In this document: positions 36,332 to 45,425 of the stretch, one piece after another
Layout of the letters: each line of letters starts with the position of its first letter
Numbering within the stretch: position 1 is the stretch's first letter
NCBI GenBank assembly: GCA_003599275.1
Contig: QZJG01000057.1
Coordinates: 6,556 to 70,555 of the forward strand
Direction of reading: 5' to 3'
Length of the DNA stretch: 64,000 nt
From: Nitrospiraceae bacterium
GTDB lineage: Bacteria > Nitrospirota > Thermodesulfovibrionia > UBA6902
Translations under genes and position numbers: made by a program
Notes under the pieces: model-generated
Seen by the model: only the letters and a program-made list of their open reading frames with translations
Databases searched by the model: none
Told to the model about the DNA's origin: nothing

Positions 36332-36994
36332 TTACCGGTTCATGTCAAATACCTCAACTCCCGGAGGAGGCGCGAACTGAAAAAGCGCATCATCGAGTTT
36401 GGGATTAACTTCCACTCCGGCAAGTTCGATGGTAATTATATTGCCGTACATGTCAAATACCTTCAGTGTTTTCACCGGAAAACCTTTTGCGCCTGCCTTG
36501 AGAATTATTTCCTGAATGAAACCGAGCCGGTGTTTCGGCCTGAGCCTGAGAACATCTTTTTCTGCAAGAGCAATATCAAAATCGGTCCTGATATTTTCGA
36601 GGCTGTTCAGCAATGCAATCGGCACCTGACTGTACGCCTCTTTGCTGAATCCCGTCTTGATCGCCTGTTTTTCGGACTTTTTATAAACCCATGTCTCTGT
36701 CCCGTTTATAATGACCTTTTCATCCCGGGGGGTCTTGTATTCCCACATCAACTGCGAGGGTTTTTTGATAAAAAATGCGCCTGAATATTTTTCTTCCCTT
36801 TCAAGGTCTTTAAGATAGCTTGTCTGTGAAAAGGTCCCCTTGACCGATTGAATGCCAGAAAGCCTCGTCCGCAAGTCATTGACGACGTCATCAAGAGTAG
36901 CGGCGTGTAAAACAGTGACAAGTGACAAGTGACAAGTGAATAGTAAAAATATCCATAAAATTCGTAATTCGTAATCCGTAATTCGTAGTTTCAT
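36332..36994 (-). CDS. lolA: LolA-like outer-membrane lipoprotein carrier protein
   Basis: I recognise the family from F.Q..........G.F..KKP...W.Y..P and its length. The ATG at 36994 overlaps the ftsK stop (ATGA) and is preceded by GGAGGAAGAAGGG. The signal peptide is MKLRITDYELRILWIFLLFTCHLSLVTVLHA-A. Confidence 0.75.
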   Translation of the reverse strand: MKLRITDYELRILWIFLLFTCHLSLVTVLHAATLDDVVNDLRTRLSGIQSVKGTFSQTSYLKDLEREEKYSGAFFIKKPSQLMWEYKTPRDEKVIINGTETWVYKKSEKQAIKTGFSKEAYSQVPIALLNSLENIRTDFDIALAEKDVLRLRPKHRLGFIQEIILKAGAKGFPVKTLKVFDMYGNIITIELAGVEVNPKLDDALFQFAPPPGVEVFDMNR

Positions 36995-39177
36995 CCCTTC
37001 TTCCTCCACAATATTTCCCTCGGTTTTCCGGCCTCGCCGGGCGGGCCGACAATGCCTTCTTCCTCAAGTTTTTCCATTATCCTGGCAGCACGGTTATAGC
37101 CTATCTTCATCCTGCGCTGGATGTACGAAATAGAGGCCTGACCCGCGGAGATCACTATCTCTCTTGCCTGCAAATACAGTTCATCCGTGTCATCGGCAGA
37201 CATTGCCTCCGCCCGTTGTGATATGACTGTTATATCCTCGAACAGTGTATAGTCGGGGCCTGCCTGCGCCTTTATAAAATCTACGACATCCTTTATCTCT
37301 TCTTCGCTCACATACGCGCCGTGTATCCTTCTTATCTTCCTGCCCGGGCTGACAAACAGCATATCGCCCTTGCCCAACAACTGGTCTGCGCCGTATGTGT
37401 CGAGTATTATCCTCGAGTCCAGTTTCGACGAGACCTGAAAGGATATCCTCGACGGGAAGTTCGCCTTGATTATTCCGGTAATGACGTCAACCGAGGGTCT
37501 TTGCGTTGCGAGTATTAAATGTATCCCGGCGGCGCGCGCCATCTGCGCAAGCCGTGCGATGGAGTCCTCCGCCTCGTGGCCTGTTGCGAACATTAAATCT
37601 GCAAGCTCGTCAATGAATATAACGATATACGGCAGGGTGTCCCGCTGCACCGCGGAGCGCTCCGACCTGATTTTATGGTTGTAGGCCTCAATGTTTCTTG
37701 CGCCTGTTTCCGCAAGCATCCTGTACCTGCGCTCCATTTCAAACACCAGCATCTTGAGCGCGTTTGCAGCCTCTTTTGTCAGTGTGATGACCGGCATGAG
37801 CAGATGCGGAATGTCCTGGTATGCGGAGAGCTCCAGCATCTTGGGGTCTATCATGAGCATCTTCACTTCTTTGGGAGACGCCCTGAACAGGAGGCTGAGC
37901 ACAATGCTGTTCATGCCGACACTTTTTCCGGAGCCGGTCGCCCCCGCGATAAGTAGGTGCGGCATCTTGCTCAGATCGGCCGTGACCGGTGTGCCGAATA
38001 TGTCCTTGCCAAGGGCGATGGTGAGTTTGGAAGGGTGCTTCTGGAATGCGTCCGACAGGATAAGGTCTTTCAGATAGACATCTTCTCTCTCCTGATTAGG
38101 GACCTCTATTCCAAGCGTGGACCTGCCGTGAATCGGTGAAATGCGGATACTGCTGGCCTTCATCGCCATCGCAAGATCGTCTGAAAGTGACATTACCTTA
38201 TTTATCTTGATGCCGGGAGCAGGCTCGAATTCAAACATCGTAACAATAGGCCCCGGTGAAACATACGTTACCTTGCCCTCGATGGAATAATCCTGGAGCT
38301 TTTTTTCTAACAGCTCCGACTGCTGGAGCAGCTCGTCTTTTGTCGGCCTGTATTTGGATGGAGTGATGTCTTGCAGGAGATCGGCGCCGGGAAGCACGTA
38401 GTCGCCGCCGGCCTTTGATTTTTTAGCGGGTCTCTCCGACGTAACTGCTTCTGCGTCGAATTGTTCGAGAGGGAGCGCTTCCTGAATAGCCGGCATTACC
38501 TCTATCTCCGGTGTTTCCGCATCCTCTTCGGGAAGATTCAATATCTCCGGCTGACTCACTATCTCAGGCGCAACCGCCTCTTCTTTTATCTGCGGCTGTT
38601 CTTTGTCCTGATCTTTATCTTTCTTCCTCTCCTTCATCGCTGAGAGCGCCTGCCTGCCGAAAATTATCCTGCTCCTGGCGTTTCTTGCAAGATCCGCAAC
38701 CGAGAATTGGATAGTATACATGAGGGTAACAAGAGTCAATGTTCCGAAGAGAAGCAGGGAACCGATTGTTGAAATTATCCTGTTAGTAAATTCCGTAATC
38801 AAAACCCCGGCGGCCCCGCCGGAAGGCCCGCCTGAGAACATTGTCAAAAGGGAGGAGGTTGACACCATCAGAAGGACGCCCATGCCGATAAAGACAAAAG
38901 ACCTCCGGTTTATGGCCCGGCCCAAAACTTTTCTTGTACCGTAAAGCAGCAGGATTGCCGGGACAATATAAGATGAATACCCGACTGTCTGCAGAAGGAT
39001 GTCTGAAAGATTTGCCCCGAAGCGGCCGAGCCAGTTTTTCAATTCGAAAGAGTTATGCGTGAAAACAGACTGGTCCCAGGGGTTGTGACTTAAAAGACTG
39101 ATGATGACAATGAGACCGGCGACAATGGTCAGGATGCCGGCGATCTCCTCTTTTATCCTCCCGCTCTTTTCTTCCAT
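36991..39177 (-). CDS. ftsK: DNA translocase FtsK
   Basis: Four N-terminal TM helices and a linker precede the motor domain (Walker A GATGSGKSVGMN and DELADL). The gamma domain is present (ASISYIQRRMKIGYNRAARIMEKLEEEGIV). Confidence 0.95.
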   Translation of the reverse strand: MEEKSGRIKEEIAGILTIVAGLIVIISLLSHNPWDQSVFTHNSFELKNWLGRFGANLSDILLQTVGYSSYIVPAILLLYGTRKVLGRAINRRSFVFIGMGVLLMVSTSSLLTMFSGGPSGGAAGVLITEFTNRIISTIGSLLLFGTLTLVTLMYTIQFSVADLARNARSRIIFGRQALSAMKERKKDKDQDKEQPQIKEEAVAPEIVSQPEILNLPEEDAETPEIEVMPAIQEALPLEQFDAEAVTSERPAKKSKAGGDYVLPGADLLQDITPSKYRPTKDELLQQSELLEKKLQDYSIEGKVTYVSPGPIVTMFEFEPAPGIKINKVMSLSDDLAMAMKASSIRISPIHGRSTLGIEVPNQEREDVYLKDLILSDAFQKHPSKLTIALGKDIFGTPVTADLSKMPHLLIAGATGSGKSVGMNSIVLSLLFRASPKEVKMLMIDPKMLELSAYQDIPHLLMPVITLTKEAANALKMLVFEMERRYRMLAETGARNIEAYNHKIRSERSAVQRDTLPYIVIFIDELADLMFATGHEAEDSIARLAQMARAAGIHLILATQRPSVDVITGIIKANFPSRISFQVSSKLDSRIILDTYGADQLLGKGDMLFVSPGRKIRRIHGAYVSEEEIKDVVDFIKAQAGPDYTLFEDITVISQRAEAMSADDTDELYLQAREIVISAGQASISYIQRRMKIGYNRAARIMEKLEEEGIVGPPGEAGKPREILWRKKG

Positions 39178-39313
39178 GCTGACAATTTTAACATTTTGCC
39201 TACCTGTTTCGGTAAGGGGCCGGGCTTATGACATAAGTCATGGCTTCCTAGGTCATAACGATATAGACTTCAATGAGAAGACGGTAAATATTTTATAAAC
39301 AACAGGAGGAATT

Positions 39314-39628
39314 ATGGAGATACTGGACCTGAAGAAGCTGATTAAATATTATCCGGACAAAATATCCAGGGAAATGATTTCCGACAAGCCCGAAATGAGG
39401 ATTGCCCTCATGTGCCTTGAGCCGGGACAGAAACTGGACCCGCACAAAGCCCCGCTCAGGCTGCTTATGTATGTTGTGGAGGGCAAAGGGACTATTACTG
39501 TGGGTGACGAGTCCATCGAGGCCGATGAGAAGACATGCATCCCGTGCGACCCTATGGTGCCTCATGGCTTTAAAGCCGACAAAGGTGAAAGGCTCGTGGT
39601 CCTGGCAATTGTAACGCCGGTAGAGTGA
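39314..39628 (+). CDS. Cupin domain protein
   Basis: The 104-aa protein has the G.....H.H......Y...G.......P..PH pattern (PGQKLDPHKA...YVVEGKG...IPCDPMVPHGF). An AGGAGGAATT Shine-Dalgarno sequence is present. Confidence 0.7.
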   Translation: MEILDLKKLIKYYPDKISREMISDKPEMRIALMCLEPGQKLDPHKAPLRLLMYVVEGKGTITVGDESIEADEKTCIPCDPMVPHGFKADKGERLVVLAIVTPVE

Positions 39629-39712
39629 TTTTGAACAATACATGACCTTGAATCTTATCGGGGAATCCTGTATTCTTTCCTGAATATTCTTTTCTGCCTT
39701 TTGTTCGCGAAC

Positions 39713-40924
39713 ATGTTAAGACCTGAAGAACAGCTCAAAGTAATCAAAAGGGGAGCGGTCGAGATTCTGATCGAGAAGGAACTGATCGGAAAGCTTGAAC
39801 GTTCCTTTCAGACCGGCGTGTCCCTGAAGGTAAAGGCCGGGTTTGACCCTACTGCGCCCGATATTCACCTCGGACACACCGTGCTTCTCGAAAAGATGCG
39901 GCAGTTTCAGGACCTGGGGCATGAGGTCATTTTTATCATCGGTGATTTCACCGGGATGATAGGCGACCCCACAGGAAGGTCTGAAATCAGAAAGCCTCTG
40001 ACACGGGACGAAGTGCTGAAAAATGCCGAGAGCTACAAGGAGCAGGCCTTCAAAATCCTTGATCCCGGAAAGACCCGGATAAGCTTCAATAGTGAATGGC
40101 TGGGCACAATGAATACCATCGAATTTGCAAGGCTCGGCTCCATGCAGACTGTTGCGCGCATGCTTGAACGGGAAGACTTTAAAAAGAGATTCGAGAGCCG
40201 GCATGACATCAGCATACTCGAATTTTATTACCCCCTGCTTCAGGCATATGATTCTGTTTTCCTGAAGGCAGACGTGGAGCTTGGGGGGACCGACCAGAAG
40301 TTCAATCTGCTTATGGGACGCACCCTGCAAAAGAGAATGGGTGTCGAGGAACAGGTCGTTCTTACAATGCCCTTGCTTGAGGGGACCGACGGGGTAAATA
40401 AAATGAGTAAGAGCCTCGGGAATTATATCGGCATAACCGAAGAGCCCAAAGACATGTTCGGGAAAATAATGTCGATCAGCGATGAATTAATGCTCAGATA
40501 TTATGAGCTTCTCAGTCATGTTTCGATCGATGAATTGACCGCGATAAAAACGGGGACAAAGGATGGCAGCGTCCATCCGAAGAAGGCCAAGGAAGGTCTT
40601 GCGCTTGAGCTTGTCGAAAGATACCGGGGAAAAGACGCTTCGGTAAACGCGAAGGAAGAATTCGAGCATGTATTTAAGGACAAAGGATTGCCGGAAGATG
40701 TCCCTGTTTTTAAAACCCCGCATGACGAATCTGAAATCTGGCTCCCGAAAGTGATGAAGCTCTCAGGAATTGTGAAGAGCACCGGCGAAGGGATAAGGCT
40801 CATTAAACAGGGCGGCGTCACCGTTAATAATGAGAAGTGGAGCGACCCGGACAAAAAACTCCCGCAGGGAGAATATCTCCTCAAAGCCGGGAAGAGAAGG
40901 TTTCTGAAAATTGTCCCTGAATGA
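39713..40924 (+). CDS. tyrS: Tyrosine--tRNA ligase
   Basis: The HIGH-type motif (PDIHLGHTV), KMSKS, and a C-terminal S4 domain are present. I prefer the ATG at 39713 to the track's TTG at 39701. Confidence 0.95.
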   Translation: MLRPEEQLKVIKRGAVEILIEKELIGKLERSFQTGVSLKVKAGFDPTAPDIHLGHTVLLEKMRQFQDLGHEVIFIIGDFTGMIGDPTGRSEIRKPLTRDEVLKNAESYKEQAFKILDPGKTRISFNSEWLGTMNTIEFARLGSMQTVARMLEREDFKKRFESRHDISILEFYYPLLQAYDSVFLKADVELGGTDQKFNLLMGRTLQKRMGVEEQVVLTMPLLEGTDGVNKMSKSLGNYIGITEEPKDMFGKIMSISDELMLRYYELLSHVSIDELTAIKTGTKDGSVHPKKAKEGLALELVERYRGKDASVNAKEEFEHVFKDKGLPEDVPVFKTPHDESEIWLPKVMKLSGIVKSTGEGIRLIKQGGVTVNNEKWSDPDKKLPQGEYLLKAGKRRFLKIVPE

Positions 40925-40931
40925 AAGTGCG

Positions 40932-40948
40932 GCCGGCAGCCTGCCGGC
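40932..40948 (-). promoter_or_regulatory. SECIS-like hairpin 2 (GCCGGC-AGGCU-GCCGGC); could also serve as a tyrS/grx terminator
   Basis: This perfect 6-7-bp stem has the loop AGGCU, which starts 17 nt after UGA 2. It lies just beyond the TAA stop. Confidence 0.45.
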
Positions 40949-40950
40949 AA

Positions 40951-41166
40951 TTACACCCCTCAGGAGCCTTCGTAGCCTATTGTGACCTCACCGTCTCTGA
41001 CAATTACAGGTACCTTTCTCTGTCCCCCGGAAAGCCTTAGCATCTCATCCAGTTTTATTCTGTCTGCCTTGACATCATAATATTCCGCACCCCAGCCATA
41101 AGCCGACCTGGCCTTTTCCGTAAAGGGTCAGCCTGCCTTTCCAAAGATAATTACCCTGTCTGCCAT
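40951..41166 (-). CDS. Glutaredoxin-like protein with two in-frame UGA codons (probable selenoprotein), not in the ORF track
   Basis: The Shine-Dalgarno context is AAAGGAGGCGCTGTT-ATG. The translation is MADRVIIFGKAG-U-PFTEKARSAYGWGAEYYDVKADRIKLDEMLRLSGGQRKVPVIVRDGEVTIGYEGS-U-GV-stop. UGA 1 (41130-41128) replaces the first Cys of the Grx CPxC motif. UGA 2 (40962-40960) lies 3 codons before the TAA. The Grx core RKVPVIV.DG...IGY is present. Confidence 0.6.
41100..41114 (-). promoter_or_regulatory. SECIS-like hairpin 1 (AGGCC-AGGUC-GGCUU)
   Basis: This 5-bp stem (one G-U pair) has the loop AGGUC, which starts 18 nt after UGA 1. As I recall it, the E. coli fdhF SECIS apical region reads GCAGGUCUGC. 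Confidence 0.45.
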
Positions 41167-41472
41167 AACAGCGCCTCCTTTGTATAAGTTTATACGGCCC
41201 CCCCCATTCTGCACCTATCCGGCAACAAGATGCTCCTGTTGCCGCGAAGCATTGTAACTGTAAGCAGGGAGATTTTTAAAATATTATTTCATTATAACCA
41301 TAATGCCGGACGCGAACAAGCGCAAATACAAAATTTGCGGTTTTGACTTTTGAAGAACCCGACAATTACGCAAACCGGTTGCCGTTGACAAAAAAAGGGC
41401 AATTACGTACATTTGATGAGGATGATAAGCCATCATCTGTATAACTCTACAAATCAAGTATAAGGAGAGACT

Positions 41473-41892
41473 ATGCCGGACGCTAAGGTTGTTTTCGTCG
41501 AGGGGATGCAATTTATCGGCACTGCGGATTCAGGACATGCAGTGGTCATGGATGGACCGTCTTCAGTTGGCGGCAATAATACCGGTTCAAAGCCATCGGA
41601 GCTGCTGCTGATGGCATTTGGAGGTTGCTCAGGGATGGACGTGATTTCAATCTTGAGAAAGAAGAAGCTGGCTGTGACCAGATTTGAAATGAACGTAAAA
41701 GGCGAGATGGCCAAAGAGCATCCGCATATGTATACGTCGATGCATATAGAATATGTAGTCACGGGGAAGGACATCCCTGAGGACGCAGTGAAGCGGGCGA
41801 TTGATCTCTCGCTTGAAAAATACTGCTCGGTCGGCGCAACCCTGGGCAAGGCGGCAAAGATAACGCACTCGTATAAGATTGTTCAGGAATGA
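41473..41892 (+). CDS. OsmC/Ohr family peroxiredoxin-like protein
   Basis: The two conserved Cys contexts are present (AFGGCSGMDV and EKYCSVGATL). The protein is 139 aa. It is transcribed divergently from the Grx-like gene. Confidence 0.85.
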   Translation: MPDAKVVFVEGMQFIGTADSGHAVVMDGPSSVGGNNTGSKPSELLLMAFGGCSGMDVISILRKKKLAVTRFEMNVKGEMAKEHPHMYTSMHIEYVVTGKDIPEDAVKRAIDLSLEKYCSVGATLGKAAKITHSYKIVQE

Positions 41893-42395
41893 AAAAAATA
41901 GGGTCAAGGGTCAAGGGTCAAGGTGAAAACAAAATCCGGAATCCTGGCCCCTGGCTCCTTCTATCTAAATACATAGCAACCCTCGGCTTCATAGGATTTA
42001 TTCCATATGCACCGGGCACGTTTGGCTCGGCGGCCGGTCTTTTATTCGTAATATCAATCAAACCCGATGACGCACAGCTTCTTATCTTTTCTGCAGCTAC
42101 GTTTTTTATTGGATTGTTGACCTCGCATCAGGCTGAAAAACTTCTTGGCAAAGACAGCGGTCATATTGTCATAGACGAATTATGCGGATATCTGATATCT
42201 GTTATATTTATTCCCAGGTCCGCCGGTTACTTCATCGCGGCATTTGTCCTGTTCAGGATTTTCGATATCCTAAAGCCGCCGCCGGTCAGAAATGTGGAAA
42301 GGGCTGTTCCGGGTGGCGCGGGGGTCATGCTGGATGACGTATTGGCCGGGGTTTATACAAACGTTTGTTTGCAGTTATGGAGATATTCCCTGTAA
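41889..42395 (+). CDS. pgpA: Phosphatidylglycerophosphatase A
   Basis: The GFIGFIPYAPGTFGSAAG, VIDE and FRIFDILKP motifs are present. The start overlaps the osmC stop (ATGA). The first ~22 codons are tandem heptamers. Confidence 0.8.
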   Translation: MKKIGSRVKGQGENKIRNPGPWLLLSKYIATLGFIGFIPYAPGTFGSAAGLLFVISIKPDDAQLLIFSAATFFIGLLTSHQAEKLLGKDSGHIVIDELCGYLISVIFIPRSAGYFIAAFVLFRIFDILKPPPVRNVERAVPGGAGVMLDDVLAGVYTNVCLQLWRYSL

Positions 42396-42465
42396 TCAGG
42401 ACCGCTGCACATTTTTATTATCATATGGTAAGCTAAGTTGCGCAGAGGGGAACATCTTTAGAACC

Positions 42466-43023
42466 TTGAGAAGTTTTATTGCAATAGAGCTGCCTGAAAC
42501 AGTTAAATCCGCACTGTTGGAATTCCAGCAGGGACTTAAGAAGTGCGGAGCGGATGTAAGATGGGTAAGGCCCGACAGTATCCACCTGACATTAAAATTC
42601 CTTGGCGATATTAAGGAAAACGACGTTGACGGGATAGTAAAAATAATTGAGGGGGCATGCAGGAAGTATTCAGCTTTTGATGTCGAAGTCGGAGAGGCAG
42701 GTGCTTTTCCAAATAAAAAATCCCCCCGTGTTCTGTGGGTCGGCGTTCATGGTAACGAAGCTTTAATAAAATTGCAGGGTGAAATTGAAGACGGCATGGC
42801 TTTTCTCGGGTTCGAAAAAGAAGAAAGAAAATTCTCCCCTCATCTTACACTTGGCAGATTCAGGTCATTACGGGAAAAAGACGCCTTGATGGAAGAAATC
42901 GAATCATACAAAGACAACAGCTTCGGCTTAATGGAAGTTAAGTCAATATCTTTAATGAAAAGTGAATTAAGCCCGGCAGGGGCAAAGTATACGAGGGTGG
43001 CCGAGGTTGCGCTGGGAGGATGA
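42466..43023 (+). CDS. thpR: RNA 2',3'-cyclic phosphodiesterase (ThpR/LigT, 2H family)
   Basis: Two HxT/S motifs are present (IHLTLKFLG and PHLTLGRF). I chose the TTG at 42466, which gives MRSFIAIELP. The longer track ORF overlaps pgpA. Confidence 0.8.
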   Translation: MRSFIAIELPETVKSALLEFQQGLKKCGADVRWVRPDSIHLTLKFLGDIKENDVDGIVKIIEGACRKYSAFDVEVGEAGAFPNKKSPRVLWVGVHGNEALIKLQGEIEDGMAFLGFEKEERKFSPHLTLGRFRSLREKDALMEEIESYKDNSFGLMEVKSISLMKSELSPAGAKYTRVAEVALGG

Positions 43024-43030
43024 AAGGGAT

Positions 43031-43141
43031 GTCAGTGCGAGGTCGATACGACCGAAGCAATCTTTTTTTAGCTATTAATAAGAGCCGTAAGCTTTCAGCC
43101 AGAGACGAGATTGCTTCGTTGCTGAAGCTCCTTGCAATGAC
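43031..43141. repeat. Palindromic repeat, GTCATTGCGAG family, copy 9 (degenerate termini GTCAGTGCGAG / CCTTGCAATGAC)
   Basis: The sequence is GTCAGTGCGAGGTCGATACGACCGAAGCAATC...GAGATTGCTTCGTTGCTGAAGCTCCTTGCAATGAC. It lies between thpR and recA. Confidence 0.85.
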
Positions 43142-43197
43142 GTCAGCCCAAATATTTTCTAAAAACCAATAACGTTAAATTACAAGGAGGATTTATC

Positions 43198-44193
43198 ATG
43201 TCAGACAAGGACCGCTCAAAGGCGCTTGAGGTAGCCATATCGCAGATAGAAAAACAGTTCGGCAAGGGAGCGATAATGCGTCTCGGCTCCGACGGGATTA
43301 CGGAAATACAGGTCATCCCCTCAGGGTCAATAGGTTTGGACGCGGCGCTCGGTGTAGGCGGATATCCGAGGGGGCGGGTCATCGAGATTTACGGCCCTGA
43401 ATCATCGGGCAAAACGACCCTCGCGCTAAATGCAGTGGCGCAGGCCCAAAAGGCTGGCGGCAATGCCGCGTTTATCGACGCCGAACATGCGCTGGATGTC
43501 GCGTATGCTCAAAAACTCGGGGTCAATATTGACGACCTCCTTATAAGCCAGCCTGACACGGGCGAGCAGGCGCTTGAAGTTACGGAAACACTTGTGCGCA
43601 GCGGCGCTCTCGATATAATTGTAATCGACTCTGTCGCTGCACTCGTTCCACGCGCGGAGATTGAAGGCGAGATGGGGGACAGTCTTCCGGGGCTTCAGGC
43701 GAGGCTCATGAGCCAGGCGTTGAGGAAGCTGACTGCGGCGATAGCAAAAGGCCAGGCGACCGTCGTATTCATAAACCAGATAAGGATGAAGATCGGCGTC
43801 ATGTTCGGGAACCCCGAGACCACTACAGGCGGTAATGCGCTCAAGTTTTATGCGTCCGTCAGACTCGATATCAGGAAGATAGAAAACCTCAAGGACGCGC
43901 AGGAATCAGTCGGCAGCAGGGTGAGGGTGAAGGTGGTGAAAAACAAGGTCGCCCCGCCTTTCAAACAGGCGGAATTCGACATATATTTTAATGAAGGGAT
44001 TTCGAGGACCGGCGAGATCATAGATCTCGGCGTAGATAAAAACATTATCGAGAAATCAGGTGCATGGTATTCCTACGGCGGCAGTCGCATAGGACAGGGC
44101 AGGGAGAACTCCAGGCAATATCTTCTGTCTAATCCGCAAGTGGCCCAGGAGATTGAATCTAAGATATTAGAGGTTTATAATTTCAAGAAATAA
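43198..44193 (+). CDS. recA: Recombinase RecA
   Basis: [12 protein letters not shown], the L1/L2 loops, and [15 protein letters not shown] are present. Confidence 0.98.
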   Translation: MSDKDRSKALEVAISQIEKQFGKGAIMRLGSDGITEIQVIPSGSIGLDAALGVGGYPRGRVIEIYGPESSGKTTLALNAVAQAQKAGGNAAFIDAEHALDVAYAQKLGVNIDDLLISQPDTGEQALEVTETLVRSGALDIIVIDSVAALVPRAEIEGEMGDSLPGLQARLMSQALRKLTAAIAKGQATVVFINQIRMKIGVMFGNPETTTGGNALKFYASVRLDIRKIENLKDAQESVGSRVRVKVVKNKVAPPFKQAEFDIYFNEGISRTGEIIDLGVDKNIIEKSGAWYSYGGSRIGQGRENSRQYLLSNPQVAQEIESKILEVYNFKK

Positions 44194-44264
44194 GAAGAGA
44201 AAACCGAATAATACTGCATATGATAAATCTTGAATCGGTATTACAGGCAGCTTAGAGACAGGCT

Positions 44265-45425
44265 ATGTCGATAGATATTAACGTTCTTCTCAAGAGGGCC
44301 GTCCAGATGAAGGCCTCCGACTTGCATATAAAGGCAGGCAACCAGCCGATTGTGCGCGTGGACGGAAAGATTTTACCCTTACAGGATGAAAAAAGACTGA
44401 CGGCGGAAGATACCGCACATTTAGCACGCTCGATTATGAGTGAAGTCCAGAGAGAACAGTTTGAAAAGACCTGTGACATAGACATAGGTTATGGAGTCCC
44501 CGGACTGGCAAGGTTCAGATGCAACTGTTTTGTGCAGAGAGGCACAGTGGGTATTGTATTCAGGATTGTATCCATGGATATTCTGGATATAGAAGAACTG
44601 ATGCTGCCGGTTGTCTTGAAGAAGATCGCTCTCGAACCAAGAGGTCTTGTCCTTGTCACAGGGACCACGGGAAGCGGGAAATCGACTGCGCTGGCATCCA
44701 TGATCGAACATATTAATATCAACAAGACACTTAATATTATAACAATCGAAGATCCGATTGAATTTGCATACAGAGACAAGAAGAGCATCATAAGCCAGAG
44801 GGAAATCGGCAATGATACAGAGTCGTTCAGCAAGGCGTTAAGGGCCGCGTTAAGACAGGATCCCGATGTCATCCTTGTCGGCGAGATGCGCGATTTTGAA
44901 ACCATCCAGACGGCGTTGGTTGCTGCGGAAACCGGGCATTTGGTTTTGAGCACCCTGCATACCACCGACGCCGCTGAGACGATAAACCGGATCATCTCGG
45001 TTTTCCCGCCATATCAGCATAAACAAGTGAGGAGGCAGCTCGCATCTGTTCTCAAGGCAATCATTTCGATGAGACTTGTTCCGAGGGCCGATGAAAAAGG
45101 GAGGGTGCCGGCTATCGAGGTGCTTGTGGCTACTACCACTATAAAGGGTTGCATAGAAGACCCTGACAAGACCAGGCTCATCTCCGATTATATAGCGGAA
45201 GGTTTCAGCCAGTACGGCATGCAGACATTCGATCAGGCCCTTATGATTCTTTACCAGCGCGGGATTATAACTTATGATGACGCAGCAAGCAGGGCCACCA
45301 ACCGTGATGACTTTGCACTCAAGGTCAAAGGCATCATGACCACAAAGGACGTGTGGGACGCGGGCGAAGCGGCGCCTAAAACTAAGCCGAAAAAAGGACC
45401 TGACATTGAGAGGTTCTCGCGCTGA
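44265..45425 (+). CDS. pilT: Type IV pilus retraction ATPase, PilT family
   Basis: ASDLHI, Walker A GTTGSGKST, the Asp box, Walker B ILVGEMRD, and the His box TGHLVLSTLHT are present. The C-terminal tail is Lys-rich. Confidence 0.9.
   Translation: MSIDINVLLKRAVQMKASDLHIKAGNQPIVRVDGKILPLQDEKRLTAEDTAHLARSIMSEVQREQFEKTCDIDIGYGVPGLARFRCNCFVQRGTVGIVFRIVSMDILDIEELMLPVVLKKIALEPRGLVLVTGTTGSGKSTALASMIEHININKTLNIITIEDPIEFAYRDKKSIISQREIGNDTESFSKALRAALRQDPDVILVGEMRDFETIQTALVAAETGHLVLSTLHTTDAAETINRIISVFPPYQHKQVRRQLASVLKAIISMRLVPRADEKGRVPAIEVLVATTTIKGCIEDPDKTRLISDYIAEGFSQYGMQTFDQALMILYQRGIITYDDAASRATNRDDFALKVKGIMTTKDVWDAGEAAPKTKPKKGPDIERFSR

Noticed and set aside
39629-39712. T-box or other riboswitch leaders upstream of tyrS, ileS (51161-51498) and serS.
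   Set aside because: The leaders are short and AT-rich. I could find no specifier-loop/T-box (AGGGTGGNACCGCG-like) sequence and no recognisable riboswitch core.
40951-41166. Reading the glutaredoxin-like gene as a pseudogene with nonsense mutations.
   Set aside because: I considered this less likely for three reasons. The first UGA falls exactly on the catalytic Cys position, the second forms a U-x-x-stop tail, and both are followed by similar hairpins at the same spacing. It remains the main alternative until Sec machinery is confirmed.
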